Position numbers and translations under genes: made by a program. This document shows positions 13,531 through 26,912 of a stretch of DNA of 64,000 nucleotides, in pieces; the stretch's first letter is position 1; each line of letters starts with the position of its first letter. The stretch is from Eledone cirrhosa (taxonomy: Eukaryota). Location of the stretch: NCBI GenBank assembly GCA_964016885.1, contig OZ024743.1, positions 101,680,001 to 101,744,000 of the forward strand. Reading direction: 5' to 3'. The notes under the pieces were generated by a model. It saw only the letters and a program-made list of their open reading frames with translations, was not told where the DNA came from and did no database searches.

Positions 13531-14437
13531 AAAAAACGGATTGGTTGCGACTTGTGATCCTTTTATCATAGATTGATTCGATCAGAGTTGACTTAGAGTT
13601 AAACAAAAGCAACAGGATATATCACATTGAATGAAGTTCAATTAACTAGTATATATGATGGAAAGAACAATCATGCCGTCACTGGTATTGGCATTAGTAC
13701 ATTATTCATGGCTGCCTTACACTAAGCCTATAATTCCGCTCGAATTCTGACGAAGCCCACAAATCTGACAGATAGAAATATTTGACTTCCTAAGAACATG
13801 TAAAATAACAAATAAAAAAAAGCAAAAAATACAACAAATAAACAGTGTCAGATTATAACCTTTAATACGTGGATTATACCCTGCATTTGTTGTTTTTATA
13901 GCATCTCATGCATTATCAGAGCTACAAGCCAAATTATCTATTAGATGGCATGTGAAATCGAACCAGCTTACCAACTGCTTACTTTTTCGACATTTTAGGT
14001 TTCTATGATAATATCGATTAAATATTCAGAATTAATGTGAGATTAAGTATTTTCTTCTAATACGAAATTACATTTTTTTCGCTGCAACTTGGTTTTGCTG
14101 ATAACTTGTACGTGTGCAGAATCAATCTACCATTCTCGCCAGCACACACACACACACGTACACTCACACACACTCTCTCTACCATCCTCTCTGCTAGTTT
14201 TCTCTCTGTAGTCATCTTCGAGCATTCTCCAGTAGAAGAAACTGACGAATCATTGTTTAACCAAGTAGATGTGGTTTTCATTTCAGATTTGTTATTTATA
14301 TCTATTCTATGAACATTTTGTGGCGGATACGGCTTTAATCCTTAACGTCAAGTAATAATTTAACAGAAAATATCTAAAAATAAGTTTGTAATGTTTATAC
14401 TATCTTCGATGTAATGATTTAGAAGAAATGATCGGTG

Positions 14438-14800
14438 TGTGGGTACAGCATGGTCGAATGCTTAAGATGCTCACTTTGCAATCATTAGTTCCCGGGTTCA
14501 ATTCCACTGCGTGGCATCTTGGGTAAGTGTCATATGCCATAGCCTCAGGTCGACCCATGACGCGTGAATGAAATTGGATTGACAGAAACTGTGTGGAAGT
14601 CCGTCGGATGGACTGTACGTGTCACTCAAAGGACCGGTCTTGTTAAACAATGTGTCACTCTGAATCTCCCTGAGAATTACCATAAGAGTACACATGTCTA
14701 TGAAATGTTAAGCCATTTACATGCTAATTTCACGAGCAAGCCGTTCCATTAACCGAACAACTGAATCATTCATCGGCGAAACAGACGGTGGTCCATTCCA
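14438..14800 (+). mobile_element. CORE-type tRNA SINE
   Basis: GGTTCAATTCC B-box, TCTTGGGTAAGTGTC core, tail shared with 4705. Confidence 0.7.
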
Positions 14801-15004
14801 TACTCAGCGTACCATAACTCACTTCAAGAGCGTTCTTGTACAAAAATATATCTTGGTTTGGTTTCGACACGTTTCTCTTTGTTATGGGAAATTATAATTT
14901 AATATATTAGCTTATACCAGAAGTAATTTCATTTCCGACCGTGTTCGGTACACGCACACACACATAGACATCTCTCTCTCTCTCTCTCTCTCTCTCTGTC
15001 ACTA

Positions 15005-15055
<51 letters not shown>

Positions 15056-15749
15056 CCCCTTCTTTCTTTCTTTCTTTCTTTATCTATCTATCTCTTCCTG
15101 TCTCTCTCTTTCTTAATCTATATTTTATAACTGACTCTGACCTTTGAGCTTTTATTTTTGCATTGCAACCGGTCCCGCTTGGCCCATCACACACACACGC
15201 ACACACACACATATATATGCATACAGACGCAGACAGACACACTTACACACACAAACAGCGGCATACACACACAGACAGAGACACACACAGATACTCACAT
15301 AAAACACGCACAGAAACACACACATACACATACACATACACACACATGCACAGACATACCCTGACGTACAGACGCAGATGCATACAGACGCAGATGCATA
15401 CAGACATAAACTCCAACCATCGTCTTTTTATTATTTGTTGGTAAATTATGATTCCATGGTTTAGCACGTAGTGTAAACAATAGTTACTGGTTTTGGAAAA
15501 GTCTATTTGTTTAATAATCCTCTGCCGTTTATTTGCTATGAACAGAGAAGAGATCAATGGTTTGTTAACGTATTGCTTCTTCTAAATTTCTTATCTGCTT
15601 CTGACACATCTGCAAAAAGGGAAGAAGAGTAAAACATCGGATATTTGTATTATTCATGATCTAATAACTGGAGGGCATTTTCTAACTCCTTAAAACTTGT
15701 TTAGAACATGAGCTCCTGTAGAGAGACAAGGAATAATCTTACAGAGTTA

Positions 15750-16169
15750 CTAGTAGAGAGGGGAGGAGAGAGAGGGGGAGAGTGGAGATAGAGAGGGAGA
15801 GGGGGATAGAGGTAGGGGGAGAGAGAGAGGGATAGAGAGAGAGAAAGGGGGATACAAAGAGAGAGAGAGAGGGAGAAAGAGAAAGAGGGGGTTAGTGAGA
15901 AAAAGAGGAGAATGGAGAGAGAGAGAGAGCGAGAGAGAGAAAGAGAAAGAGAGAAAGAGAAAGAGAAAGAGGGAGAGAGAGAGAGAGTGAGAGAGAGAAA
16001 GAGAGAGAAAACAGGAGAATAGACAGAGAGGGAGAGAGAGAGAGAAAGAGAGGGATTGAGATAGATGCTGATACAGAGAAAAAAAGAGGGGTATATATAT
16101 ATATATAGAGAGAGAGAGGTTGTGTGAGAAAGATTCTGTTCATGTGTGTTTGTGTGTATGCGTTTGTAT

Positions 16170-16256
<87 letters not shown>

Positions 16257-16413
16257 TGAGTCCTTGCAGCTACACTCACCAACGAATTCATATTGATTTA
16301 TTTACACAATCAATGGCTTATGAGCACCAATACACACATATACGCACATACACAATCTATCTAACTATCTATTTGCTTCTTAATATCCCATCGTTAATAC
16401 TTACATTAGTGTG

Positions 16414-16451
<38 letters not shown>

Positions 16452-16454
16452 TAG

Positions 16455-16520
<66 letters not shown>
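15750..16520. repeat. (GA)n, (GT)n and (TA)n microsatellites
   Basis: Direct inspection. Confidence 0.95.
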
Positions 16521-16718
16521 TGCGGTGCCGAGACAGGGGAGACCAAACAGGCGATGTATAGGAAGAAGCAGCAGAATAGGTATAGAGGAAGGTAAATACC
16601 CAATCACGATATATATATATTAAAATAACAGATCAAAGTTTAAGCAAAGAATCGCTGCTTTCACTGCTTTATCCTTATCGAGCCCTCTTTGGATTTTAGT
16701 CTTCAAATTTATTATTAT

Positions 16719-16780
<62 letters not shown>

Positions 16781-16783
<3 letters not shown>

Positions 16784-17160
16784 ACATTGAAGGAGGTTAC
16801 AATTTACCTCATTTATTTGTTATAATATTGCTGTTGTACGTATTTCGATGGTAACTGTTATGTAACAGTTACGACCATCTAAAACAGGTATTATGTGAAG
16901 AGAAAGTTACATGCATAAAAATGACAGGAACAAAAATAAAAATTACTCATGCTGTTTCCATTCAGTGATATTTCACAGGCAGGTTATTAATGGTGTTCCC
17001 TCAATGCCGTGCTAACATTTGAGTTAGTATAAGCAGCCCCACAGCATGATCACAAAGGTTGTAAACGACACCTAATTATTCGTTGAAGATAGTTCCAAAT
17101 CAACATCCTCCTAGCCTTCCTGAAGTCCACAGTGGTACTTCACTTCGATGGGATATTCAC
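16781..17160 (-). mobile_element. pLTR-like module with partial hammerhead (family M)
   Basis: Reverse complement aligns to 31485-31790; has stem II, GAAA TACGTA CA acagc. Confidence 0.6.
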
Positions 17161-17270
17161 ATTTAAATACGTTGAGGATTATAATTTCGACCTAAATTGA
17201 ATAGAATATTAATGTGTGTGTGTGTGTGAGGTGTGTGTGTACACACACACACATACACATATATATATAT

Positions 17271-17459
17271 ATAGGAAAAGAGTCAGGACCCCGACGGCTG
17301 AGGCCCGGCCGTTTCAATAGCTAGATCCGACAGCTGCAGAAACGGCCGGGGCTCAACCGTCGGGGTCCTGACTCTTTTCCTATTACCCACTCTACTACCC
17401 TAAGTATCGAGTACACTGGTGCGTTATGGTCCACCTGGTATCTTACCACACTTTCTTTG

Positions 17460-17462
<3 letters not shown>
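17271..17462. mobile_element. Family A fold-back insertion
   Basis: Inverted arms 17271-17315 and 17339-17383 (GTTTC..GAAAC) plus tail. Confidence 0.8.
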
Positions 17463-17506
<44 letters not shown>

Positions 17507-17510
<4 letters not shown>

Positions 17511-17700
17511 ATATAGAAAAGGCTTATACGGGACTAGAACTGTTTCATTCGGGAGAAATAATCGGGAAGCCCTGATGATTTCTCCCGAAGCTAACAGTTC
17601 TAGTCCTGTAGAAGCCCTTTCTATATTAAATATTTATACTCCGCTTTGTATTGAGTACCTTACTTACTGTGGTTACCCCCGATTGAACCCGGGATACACT
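17507..17700. mobile_element. Family B fold-back insertion with two degenerate hammerheads
   Basis: Inverted arms of ~60 bp; CTGATGA at 17572; tail TGAGTACCTTACTTACTGTGGTTACC shared with 34001. Confidence 0.75.
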
Positions 17701-17716
17701 TATATATATATATATG

Positions 17717-17756
<40 letters not shown>

Positions 17757-18393
17757 TATACACAATTTAGTACAGCATCATCGAAGCTCTGGTTGCAGCC
17801 AAGCTAACGAATGCAATCTCGGTGTGCAGCTAAGCACTCAATAGGGTATATTACCCTAGGGTTATAAAATTACGTTTAGACAGCTTTGCAAATCGAAGAC
17901 AGCGGCCGATAGACGGGCCGCAGTGACCAAAGCGACGAAAAAAACTGAACTCAAGATAAAAATTTGACTAACCTGGACCGTCGCGTCGACATCATACACA
18001 ACACAATATATATACCATATAATATACATCACATATAATATATAATATCTCCGCTAGGTTTCTGTAAATTCGAAATCGACAAAATCCACTTGCAGGGGTC
18101 TGCAAGTTAATGGTTTTTGGAAGATAGAACAAGGAAATTACTTCGTCAACAAGTTTTTCGTACTCGTCCGCCCGGGTGTGAATGCTAGCAGTAAGCACTG
18201 CTAGAAGGCACATGGGTTTCCCGAAGGGAGGTAACCCCCGGTTTTAGCGGTCAATTCAAATTTGGAACAAAGGAATAAAATTCCTTTACACAAACCGAAT
18301 TAAGCACTCAACTAGAAGTTATCAAACAAACATAAACAATTAATCAATCAATAGAATTGTCTAGTTAAATTAATCAATTAATCGTTAATTCTA

Positions 18394-18420
<27 letters not shown>

Positions 18421-18426
<6 letters not shown>

Positions 18427-18600
18427 AAAAAGTATGACCCCGACGGCAGGGCTCAAGCCGTTCGACGGCTATTTCTGGACTCAAGAAGTAGCCGTCGAAA
18501 CGGCTTGAGCTCTGCCGTCGGGGTCATACTTTTTTCTATTTCCCACTCTACTACCCTAAGTATTGAGTAATCTGGTTTCTTACCACAATTCCTTTGTTAT
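18421..18600. mobile_element. Family A fold-back insertion
   Basis: Inverted arms centred near 18481, plus tail. Confidence 0.8.
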
Positions 18601-18688
18601 ATATATATATATATATTTATTTATTTAAATAACAGATTTTATTTATGCCGTCGGGGTCATACTTTTTCCTATATATATATACATATAT

Positions 18689-18735
<47 letters not shown>

Positions 18736-18764
18736 TATATATACATACATATATATACATATAT

Positions 18765-18881
<117 letters not shown>

Positions 18882-19311
18882 CATACATATATATATAGGT
18901 CTGTGTGCATGCGAGTGTTTGTGTATATCATCAATCTATGCTCAAACATTTGTAGAAGCTACTGATTTCATATAGATTTCAAGGAGACACATGCCTCGCA
19001 TAAACAATATATTCTATTCTAAACTTATAATTTTTTTAAACATGGTAAAAACATATCCAAAGGCAAAGAGAGAGAGAGAAAGAGAGAAAGAGAGAGAGAG
19101 TGGGAGGGTGAGAGAGAGAGAGAGAGAGGGAGAGAGAGAGAGAGAGAGAGAGAGGTACAAAGTGTGTGTGTTTGTGTAACGGTAAATGTGAAGTCAACCG
19201 ACTTTGAATGCTTTCTGAATATTAAATTGCAGTGAAAATAAGAAAACACACAAAAAAAAGAAAAACAACAAAACCTCGATACACCTCCCCCCCGACAAGT
19301 ACCCTCCCACC

Positions 19312-19337
<26 letters not shown>

Positions 19338-19343
<6 letters not shown>

Positions 19344-19662
19344 TAAAATAACAGATTAAAGTTTAAGCAAAGAATCGGTGCTTTGGTTAAATTTGCCTTT
19401 CATCCTTACGGAGTCGATAAAATAAAGTACCAGTAATGTACTGTGTAATTGCTGGCCTTGTGCCTAAGGGCGGTGGATTGGCAGTATCGGTAGAGGGTCG
19501 GACGCCATGCTTTGACGCATAGAGTTACGGCCCTTATCATTCTGAGTTCAAATCCCGCCGAGGTTAACTTTGCCTTTCATCCTTACGGGGTCGATAAAAT
19601 AAAGTACCAGTAATGTACTGGTTAATTGCTGGCCTTGTGCCAAAAGTAGAAACAATTATTAT

Positions 19663-19665
<3 letters not shown>
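19338..19665. mobile_element. Family N PLE arm (minus) fused to two tandem Meta SINEs (plus)
   Basis: TAAAATAACAGATTAAAGTTTAAGC, also at 16621 and 46331, followed by Meta domains near 19393 and 19567. Confidence 0.7.
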
Positions 19666-19699
<34 letters not shown>

Positions 19700-20113
19700 T
19701 ATATATATAAATGTCTTCTGCAGTTCTGGGATGGTTTTTCAAGGGGTAACGGAAGGGAACATAGGTAAATAGAGCACTCATTACATTAGTAGAAAATGTA
19801 CGAAAGATAAAGTAACAGCTTAATACTGGGGTCGATTATTCTTAACCTCTCTCACACATACTTTGTCTATTCTCTCTTTCTATTTTTAATCTTTATGAAA
19901 TAGAGAGATACTTTGTTTACCAATGTATTGAGTACCTTATCTCTCTTAGAAAAAAAAAAAACATTCTTCATAATTATATATATATATATATGTAATCTGA
20001 GTTTCTTGAATATTAGTAATACTATTCGATTCGTTCGCAATTATGCAAACAAGCCTCTTTTTAAGCCATGTCAGTAGAATGAGCCCCTTATTCTTGCTCT
20101 TGTGTTGGCATGT

Positions 20114-20176
20114 GAACAGACCTGCAGACACTAATGTTTCTAGGTGATTACCCTTCATCAGTGCAGGTCACTGTTC
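20114..20176 (-). ncRNA. Type I hammerhead ribozyme motif (family C)
   Basis: gacctgca CTGATGA agggtaatcaccta GAAA CA ttag TG TC tgcaggtc; perfect 8-bp stem I; GUC triplet. Confidence 0.8.
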
Positions 20177-20372
20177 AGCTGCCATCTGTCAGAGCTAGTG
20201 AAGATATAAGATATTTTCTAAAATGTACAGTGACTGATCGGCCTGATTTGCATATTAGCAGATCCACTGATCAGCCAGATTTGCATATCAGCAGATAGGC
20301 CACTCAGTTTCATGTATACTAGTGATTAATGGTCGGCTTTGTCATATACAAATAATTAAAAAAATGAGCGAT

Positions 20373-20413
<41 letters not shown>

Positions 20414-20418
<5 letters not shown>

Positions 20419-21154
20419 AAAAAAAGATGAAATCGAAAATGCAACTGGAGTCTTATTTAAAAAAAATATATATATATTTATTTGGTTCCTTTACCGGTTT
20501 CGCAGTTCTTCTGCTTTTCAAAAGTAGAGTTGAGATGGAGGGTCTGTGGGTTTTCTCACATCTGGTTGGTCTCTGAGTGTTACTTCTTTTATATGGAAAA
20601 AGTGGCTCGAAATGCCAGGTTTTTCGAGAAGTAATTTGATTGGTTGGTCAATAATTATAATAAATTTCGCGCCAGTTCGCGTTACAAAGTTCTTCAAACA
20701 AGAGGGGAGGGGGGTCTCTTGACCATTATCTTTTACTTATCATAAAATTCAGAATGGATTTCCAAATAAGGGCGCGAAAATTTAATGAAAACTTGTTCAC
20801 ATGACAGCCATAATTTCATTTATAACCAATCAAATTATGTTTATTAAAAATAAGCCTTCGTGAGCCCCTTTTTTCAAGTAAAAAGAAATTCAAACACTCA
20901 TATATGAAAAAACAAACCTGTGACCCCCCCCCCCCCCCTTGTTTGAAGAACTTTGTAACGCGAACTGGCGCGAAATTTATTTTAATTATTGACCAACGAA
21001 TCAAATTACTTCTGGAAAAACCTGGCATTTCGAGCCACCTTTTCCATATAAAAGAAGTAACATTCAGAGACCAACCAGATGTGAGAAAAACCACAGACCC
21101 TCCATCTCAACTCTACTTTTGTTTTGAAAAGCAGAAGAACTGCGAAACCGGTAA

Positions 21155-21158
<4 letters not shown>
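20414..21158. mobile_element. Two-armed PLE-type insertion with U3-A8 minimal hammerheads (family D)
   Basis: Inverted arms 20489-20716 and 20922-21156; TTGAAAA gcag aagaa ctgc GAAA CCGG TA aag. Confidence 0.75.
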
Positions 21159-21199
<41 letters not shown>

Positions 21200-21590
21200 C
21201 ATATATATATATATGTATATATATATATGTATATATGTATATATATGTGTGTAATTAATCAATTTGTCAGCTTGTTTGACGGGCATCCACTGATGATTTA
21301 TAAGTGCCCACCTGCATATATTCCTACGGAATGTTGTGAAGGCTTCTACATAACCCGGACACATTCTCCCAACTTGTAGAAAACTTATAATGAAACAATT
21401 GTTTGGAAAAGGAGATATATTTTAATTATGTCTCATATAAAATAATACTACTGGTCTTCCGCAAAATACATATAGTTAGCACCCCAAACGTAAAATTGGG
21501 ATTATACTAAGGTATATCCTAATGTTTGTTGAGTGAGATGGAAGCCAGTCAGAGTATAGCTTAAGGCTTTCTCTGTTAATGTATTGTGTA

Positions 21591-21624
<34 letters not shown>

Positions 21625-22122
21625 CACACATATATACACACATGCACACACACACATATATATGCATATTTATATAAGTATAGACATAATTATAAGGGTG
21701 TCCATCAGATACTAAATTTGCTCAATGAATGAATTGCTTAAATAATTAATCAATTTGTCAGCTTGTTATAAATGGGAAAAGCAAACAAGATAAAACCTTG
21801 CCTCATTTACTTCGTGGTCCCGACCGCAGATTCACCGTGTAAGAACCAGCTTGCATATTCTAAGTTAGGATATCCACAGTGGCGAGAAATCACAAACCTT
21901 TTAGGAGACCTTCTCAAACCAGGAGAAAATTTCAAGTGGCCGCTACTGGTGATATTTTCGAAGGGAAAATGAACCATGAAATAAATGAAGTAACTTAAGA
22001 AAAGTAACGAAGATTGCTGTTATAATTTCAGCGTCCTTCAGCCAGCATCTAGCTCACTCAATGAATCTGGCGAATTGAGGTTATGCAGCTGCAATCAACT
22101 GTTCAGAGTTCTTGTATTTACT

Positions 22123-22385
22123 TTACTGTTGACAGTTGGCTGTGTTATTAGTTAGAGATAGATATAAATATTTGTTATATATATATATAAGTGAATAAAA
22201 AATATGAACGAAGACAGGAAGATAAACGAATACAGACCGTAGTCCCATCTCATTGTGTCGGTCCTTTAAGGTCGATACTACTGATAAATTAACTATGGAG
22301 ATATAAAAGATACAAAAGCGAAAACCAACACAAACCGAACAGTGAGTGTGTTCTGTTATTACTTCTGGCAATATTATAACAACTA
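22123..22385 (+). mobile_element. Fragment of the Nematis-related non-autonomous family H
   Basis: AAAGCGAAAACCAAC..AACAGTGAGTGTGTTCTGTTATT matches 43200-43240. Confidence 0.6.
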
Positions 22386-22429
22386 GCTTGAAAAACCGTT
22401 TAACACTTTTTTTTTTAAACTCATTTATA

Positions 22430-23100
22430 TAAAAATTTTATATAATGATTACAGAACGAAAACACTAACAAATATAATATATATAAAGGAAAGGGAAAGG
22501 AAAAAAAGAAAGAGAAAAAATATACAAGCACGTAATACCCACATCTTAGACCCCATAGAACAATATGCAGACGAAAGAATGGGAAAAAGAGACGCTACCA
22601 GAGCAAAAGATAGCAATATAGCCAGGAGCACTGGGAAATCTCTAATAATTTTTGAGGCAGGCCAACACGCTCGCGGCGTTACCTGGGATGATGGCGAGGC
22701 TGAGGGGCTGGAACAACCAAGTGCCCTCACGAGCATCACCAGTTACCTCTGTTTGGCGAGCCGCCAGTGAAGATAAGAACCTCGCTGTCAGTAGCCCGAC
22801 TCCCCCAAACGTCTCGAACGCCACAGACTGGATAATGTAGTTAGCTGACAGAACACGGTAAATTAGGGTTTTGTTCCGTTCAGCTGCGGATGCTGTAGCT
22901 CTCGCCCTTACCGCTGCATCTAGGATGTGGGAAGAAGCAAAAGAGTCACTAACTGTGACGTCCCACGTAAGGCACCTACCTCTTGACCAGGAGCACAGAG
23001 TAAGACCGTCAAGTCTTTTCCCATCAATTCTGGGCAACTCAGACAGTTCCAAAACTGAGGGGATGTTTGCCCGGACCAAAGCTCTTGAGTGGTAATAGGA
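22430..23100 (-). mobile_element. CRE-clade non-LTR retrotransposon 3' end (restriction-like endonuclease plus 3'UTR)
   Basis: ORF 22642-23118: DGKRLDGLTL.SW..GRCLTWDVTV, AFETFG, LFQPLSLAII.GNAASVL. Confidence 0.85.
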
Positions 23101-23299
23101 CAGTGTGTGTATGTGCACACGCGAGTTAGTCGGTGTTCTTAAATTAGAGATGTGTGTGTGTGTGTCACTGTTTTTAAGTTAGAGACATATAGGTGTGTAT
23201 CCCCTTCCTTCCTTTTACACACACATACATTCACACAAACACACAAACACATTGTGTGATAGACGGGTGGAGAGAAACTCCTCAAATTTATATACATGT

Positions 23300-23942
23300 G
23301 AATGGAGTTCTACTGAAGCAGTTAGAGAAATTCAAGTATCTTGGAGCCGTGTTTATAAGTGATTGAATGCAGTAGGCTGAATTAAGTGCAAGAATTGCAA
23401 AAGCTGATGCAGTAATGCGCCTACCTCAGCATTCGGCAATCAGAAGAAGGGGGTAGGTGTAAAAGCTAAACTAGCTGTCTTTCTGGTATTCCTGCCAACT
23501 CTTACTGAGGATCGTTAATCTTGAGTAATGACCAAAAGAATACAATTGCAAATAAAAGCGACAGAAATGGGATTCCTCCGAAGGGTCTTTAGAGTAAGTT
23601 ACTCGATAAAGTGCATAGCTCAGGGTCCAGAGAGTCACTCCTGGTAGAGCCGCTACTTCTCCGAATTGAGAGATCACAACTCCGATATTATGAGCATGTG
23701 GTTAGAATGTCTCAGTAAAGAATCACTGGACACATTTTACAGGCAAAACCAACCGGCAAGAAACCCAGAGGTAGACCTCGAGCAAGATGGTTAGATAACA
23801 TCCATGAGTTTGTCTGGTCACGCTTTGGGATCCAGCTGCATCAGTTAGAGATATTTGCTTCTGGCAGACTCGCTAGAAGGAGTGTTTGAGAAGGACTCTG
23901 CCCCCATGACCCTCTCAGAAATAAGTGGGCGAAGAAGAAGAT
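23300..23942 (+). mobile_element. RTE (Expander/Rex3-like) 3' fragment, degraded
   Basis: EKFKYLG, SARIAKA, EMGFLRRV, KPRGRPRARWLDNI; GAAGAAGA tail. Confidence 0.85.
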
Positions 23943-24010
23943 ATTGTCAATTTACTTTTCAATTTACATATATATATTTGCGTATAATACCAATATGCAC
24001 ACTACATATG

Positions 24011-24047
24011 CTAGCAGAAAACCAGCCAAGGGCGGTTTTTCTGCTAG
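24011..24047. repeat. Solo palindromic Helitron-like terminus
   Basis: CTAGCAGAAAACCAGCCAAGGGCGGTTTTTCTGCTAG; same motif at 46787 and 47311. Confidence 0.65.
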
Positions 24048-24379
24048 TATATATATTATACTTTCACATCAATATACACAAAGTAGAGAAAAACACAAAG
24101 GTTTATGTAGACATGCATATTTAATATCCCATGTCAACTATATAGAGAATATTTCACGTGCTTTATGGGCAGTGTCACGTGCATGTGTCAGGTTGCTTTG
24201 GAAATAATGTTGTTAGGGATGCATTGATCCATAAGAGACAATGTTCTAGAGTTTAGTGTAGTGATTGGCCTCAGGTAAAACGACTTAAAGAAAATGTGTG
24301 CCACCAGAAAAACCAATACTACAGTAATCGATCTGGTCAATGATTAGATGTTTGGATAGTGCAGAAGGCGTGGATTATT

Positions 24380-25750
24380 CGTATGTGTTTTTGTGTGTGA
24401 GTGTGTGAGTGTGTGTGGGTGTATGTGTGTTTGGGCGTGTGTGTGTTTGTGTGTGATAGTGTGGGTCTGTGTGAGTGTGTGTGTGTATATGTGTGTGTTT
24501 TGGCGTGTGTGTTTGAATTTGTGGGTATATTTGTTCGTGTTACTTTTGTATGTGTATGTGTGTGTGTAGATGTGTATGCGTTTATTTGTTCATGTTATCT
24601 TTGTATGTGTTTGTGGGTGTGTATGTGTATGGGTTTATTTGTTCGTGTTATTTTTGTATGTGTATGTGTGTGTTTGTGTGTGTTTGTGTGTATATTTGTC
24701 TGTCTTTGTGTAAGTATTTTTCTGTGTATTTGTGTGCAAGTATCTTTATTTGTCTTTGTCTCTGTGCGTATGTTTGCGTCTGTGTACGTATATTTTTGTT
24801 GACTATGTCTGTGTGTCTCTTTGTTTAATTGTGTTTGGTGGGAGTGATGTGTGTTTGTGCGTGTTTATGGATGTGTGTGTGCCTGTATATCTGTGTATGT
24901 GTGACTGTGTATATGTGTTCTTGTCTCTCTGTGTGTGTGTGGGTGTGCCTGTGCATGTGTGCGCTTGTCTGTGTGCGTGTGTATGTGTGCCTGTGAATTT
25001 GTGTGCTTCTCTGGGTGCGTGTGCGTGTGTGTGTGTGTTTGTACCTGTATATTTGTGTGCTTGTTTTCGTACGTGTGTGTGTGTTTTCGCTTCTGTTAGG
25101 CTATGTGTTTTTACGTTTGTACGCGTCAGTGTTTAAGATTGTGTTTAAGATTGTGTATGTATGAGTATGTATGCGTGTGTATTTGTGCTCCTGTTTGTGT
25201 GTATGTGAGTGCGTATGTGCGTATATTCTTTTGTGTGTGTGTGTGTCTATAGCCCTTTCTCTCTCTCTCTGTACATGTGTGAATTTGTGTATGTATATGT
25301 GTGTATGTGTGTATGTATATGTGTGCATATATATGTGTGTATGTATATGTGTGTATGTATATGTGTGTATGTATATGTGTGTATGTATATGTATGTGTGT
25401 ATGTATACGTATGTGTGTGTATAACGGTAAATTTGATGTCAAACAGGTTGAATGTTTTCTGAATAGTAAATCTCAGTGAGAATAAGGAAACATACAAACA
25501 AAACAACAAAAATATCATCTAAGAGAGAGAGAGAAAGAGAAAAGAGATCGTGATAACGAAAGAAACCATTAATTGTAAGGTAAGAATTGTATAGACTTGT
25601 ACATACATACGTGCGGGTGTGTGTGAGTGTGTGCGTGTGTGTGTGTGTGCATGAGTGTGTGCATAAGTGGGTGCGTGTGTGTATGTGTGTGTGCATGAGT
25701 GTGTGCGTGTGTATGCGTGAGTGTGTGCGTGTGTGTATGTGTGTGTTGGT
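24380..25750. repeat. Degenerate (GT)n/(GTAT)n low-complexity tract
   Basis: Direct inspection. Confidence 0.9.
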
Positions 25751-25985
25751 TCTCCACAAATATTAATTGTATGGCAAGGATTGTAAACACTTGTATATAT
25801 ACATATATAGTGGCGGACTGGCCAGGTTGCCAGGTTGCCAGGTTGCCCAATGGCAAGTGGGCCACTGGGCACGGTAGCATTGCAAGAGCCCACAGTAGCA
25901 TTGCAGGGCCCACTGTAGTATGTTATGGGCCAATGCTTTCCTTTAAAAAAGTACATACACATACACACACATAGACACACACAAA

Positions 25986-26092
<107 letters not shown>

Positions 26093-26109
26093 CACACATA
26101 TATATATAT

Positions 26110-26785
26110 AATAGAGCAAGAAACCAGGACTATCCGTCATCAGTGATCTTCTGGCCATCATCGGTATTTCTTCGCATTAAAGACCAGATACTTCAAGCCA
26201 ACGCAAACAATAACTAAAATAAGTTATTGGGAGAAAAAGAATTGGGTGGAGAAAGAGAGACATGTAAACAAACAAAAATGGTAAGGCAACGTAAAGAGAG
26301 GAAAATGAGAAAACCAGTCAGTGATACATGTGAACTTAAGTCCTAGCAAATCATTGACGAGAAGACGAAGGACACGTCCGAACCCTGCGAAATGTAAGCG
26401 AGAAAAGGATTTCACACAGGTCAGACGGGAGGAAGTGAGAGAGAGGGAGTATCAGAGAGTGAGTGAAAGTGTGAGGAAGAGGCCAGCCAAGAGAGGGTGA
26501 ATGAAAGTACGGAAAGAGAAGGGGGAGAGAGAAAGAGGATAGCAGTAAGGGAATAGAAGAAACCAGGACTATCCGTTTTTGTTTGTTTACATGTCTCTCT
26601 TTCTCCACCCAATTCTTTTTATCCCAATAACTTATTTTAGTTATCGTTCGCGCTGGCTTGAGGTATCTGGTCTTTAATGCGAAGAAATACCGATGATGGC
26701 CAGAAGATCCTGGTTTCTTGCTCTATTTTTTAATTCATAAGTATCACATGGGGAACAACGCAACACGCCATTTTTCATCATTAAA
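26110..26785. mobile_element. Two-armed PLE-type insertion, rearranged
   Basis: Inverted arms ~26110-26280 and ~26572-26727; CTGATGA on the minus strand near 26137-26143; tail to 26785. Confidence 0.65.
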
Positions 26786-26912
26786 TATATATATATATAT
26801 ATTTATATACTTACACACTAACTACTGACCAAATAATATTTGGTATCAATGGGTCAAAGACATCTGTCAATTAATTAGTGGTGAAGGTGGTGTATCTATC
26901 TCTATATATATA

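Noticed and set aside
13745-13780. CTGACGA..GAAA as a hammerhead
   Set aside because: No pairing of stems I, II or III
14057-14312. Short ORFs or a possible 5'UTR
   Set aside because: Overlap (CA)n/(CT)n repeats; no recognisable homology or consistent splice structure
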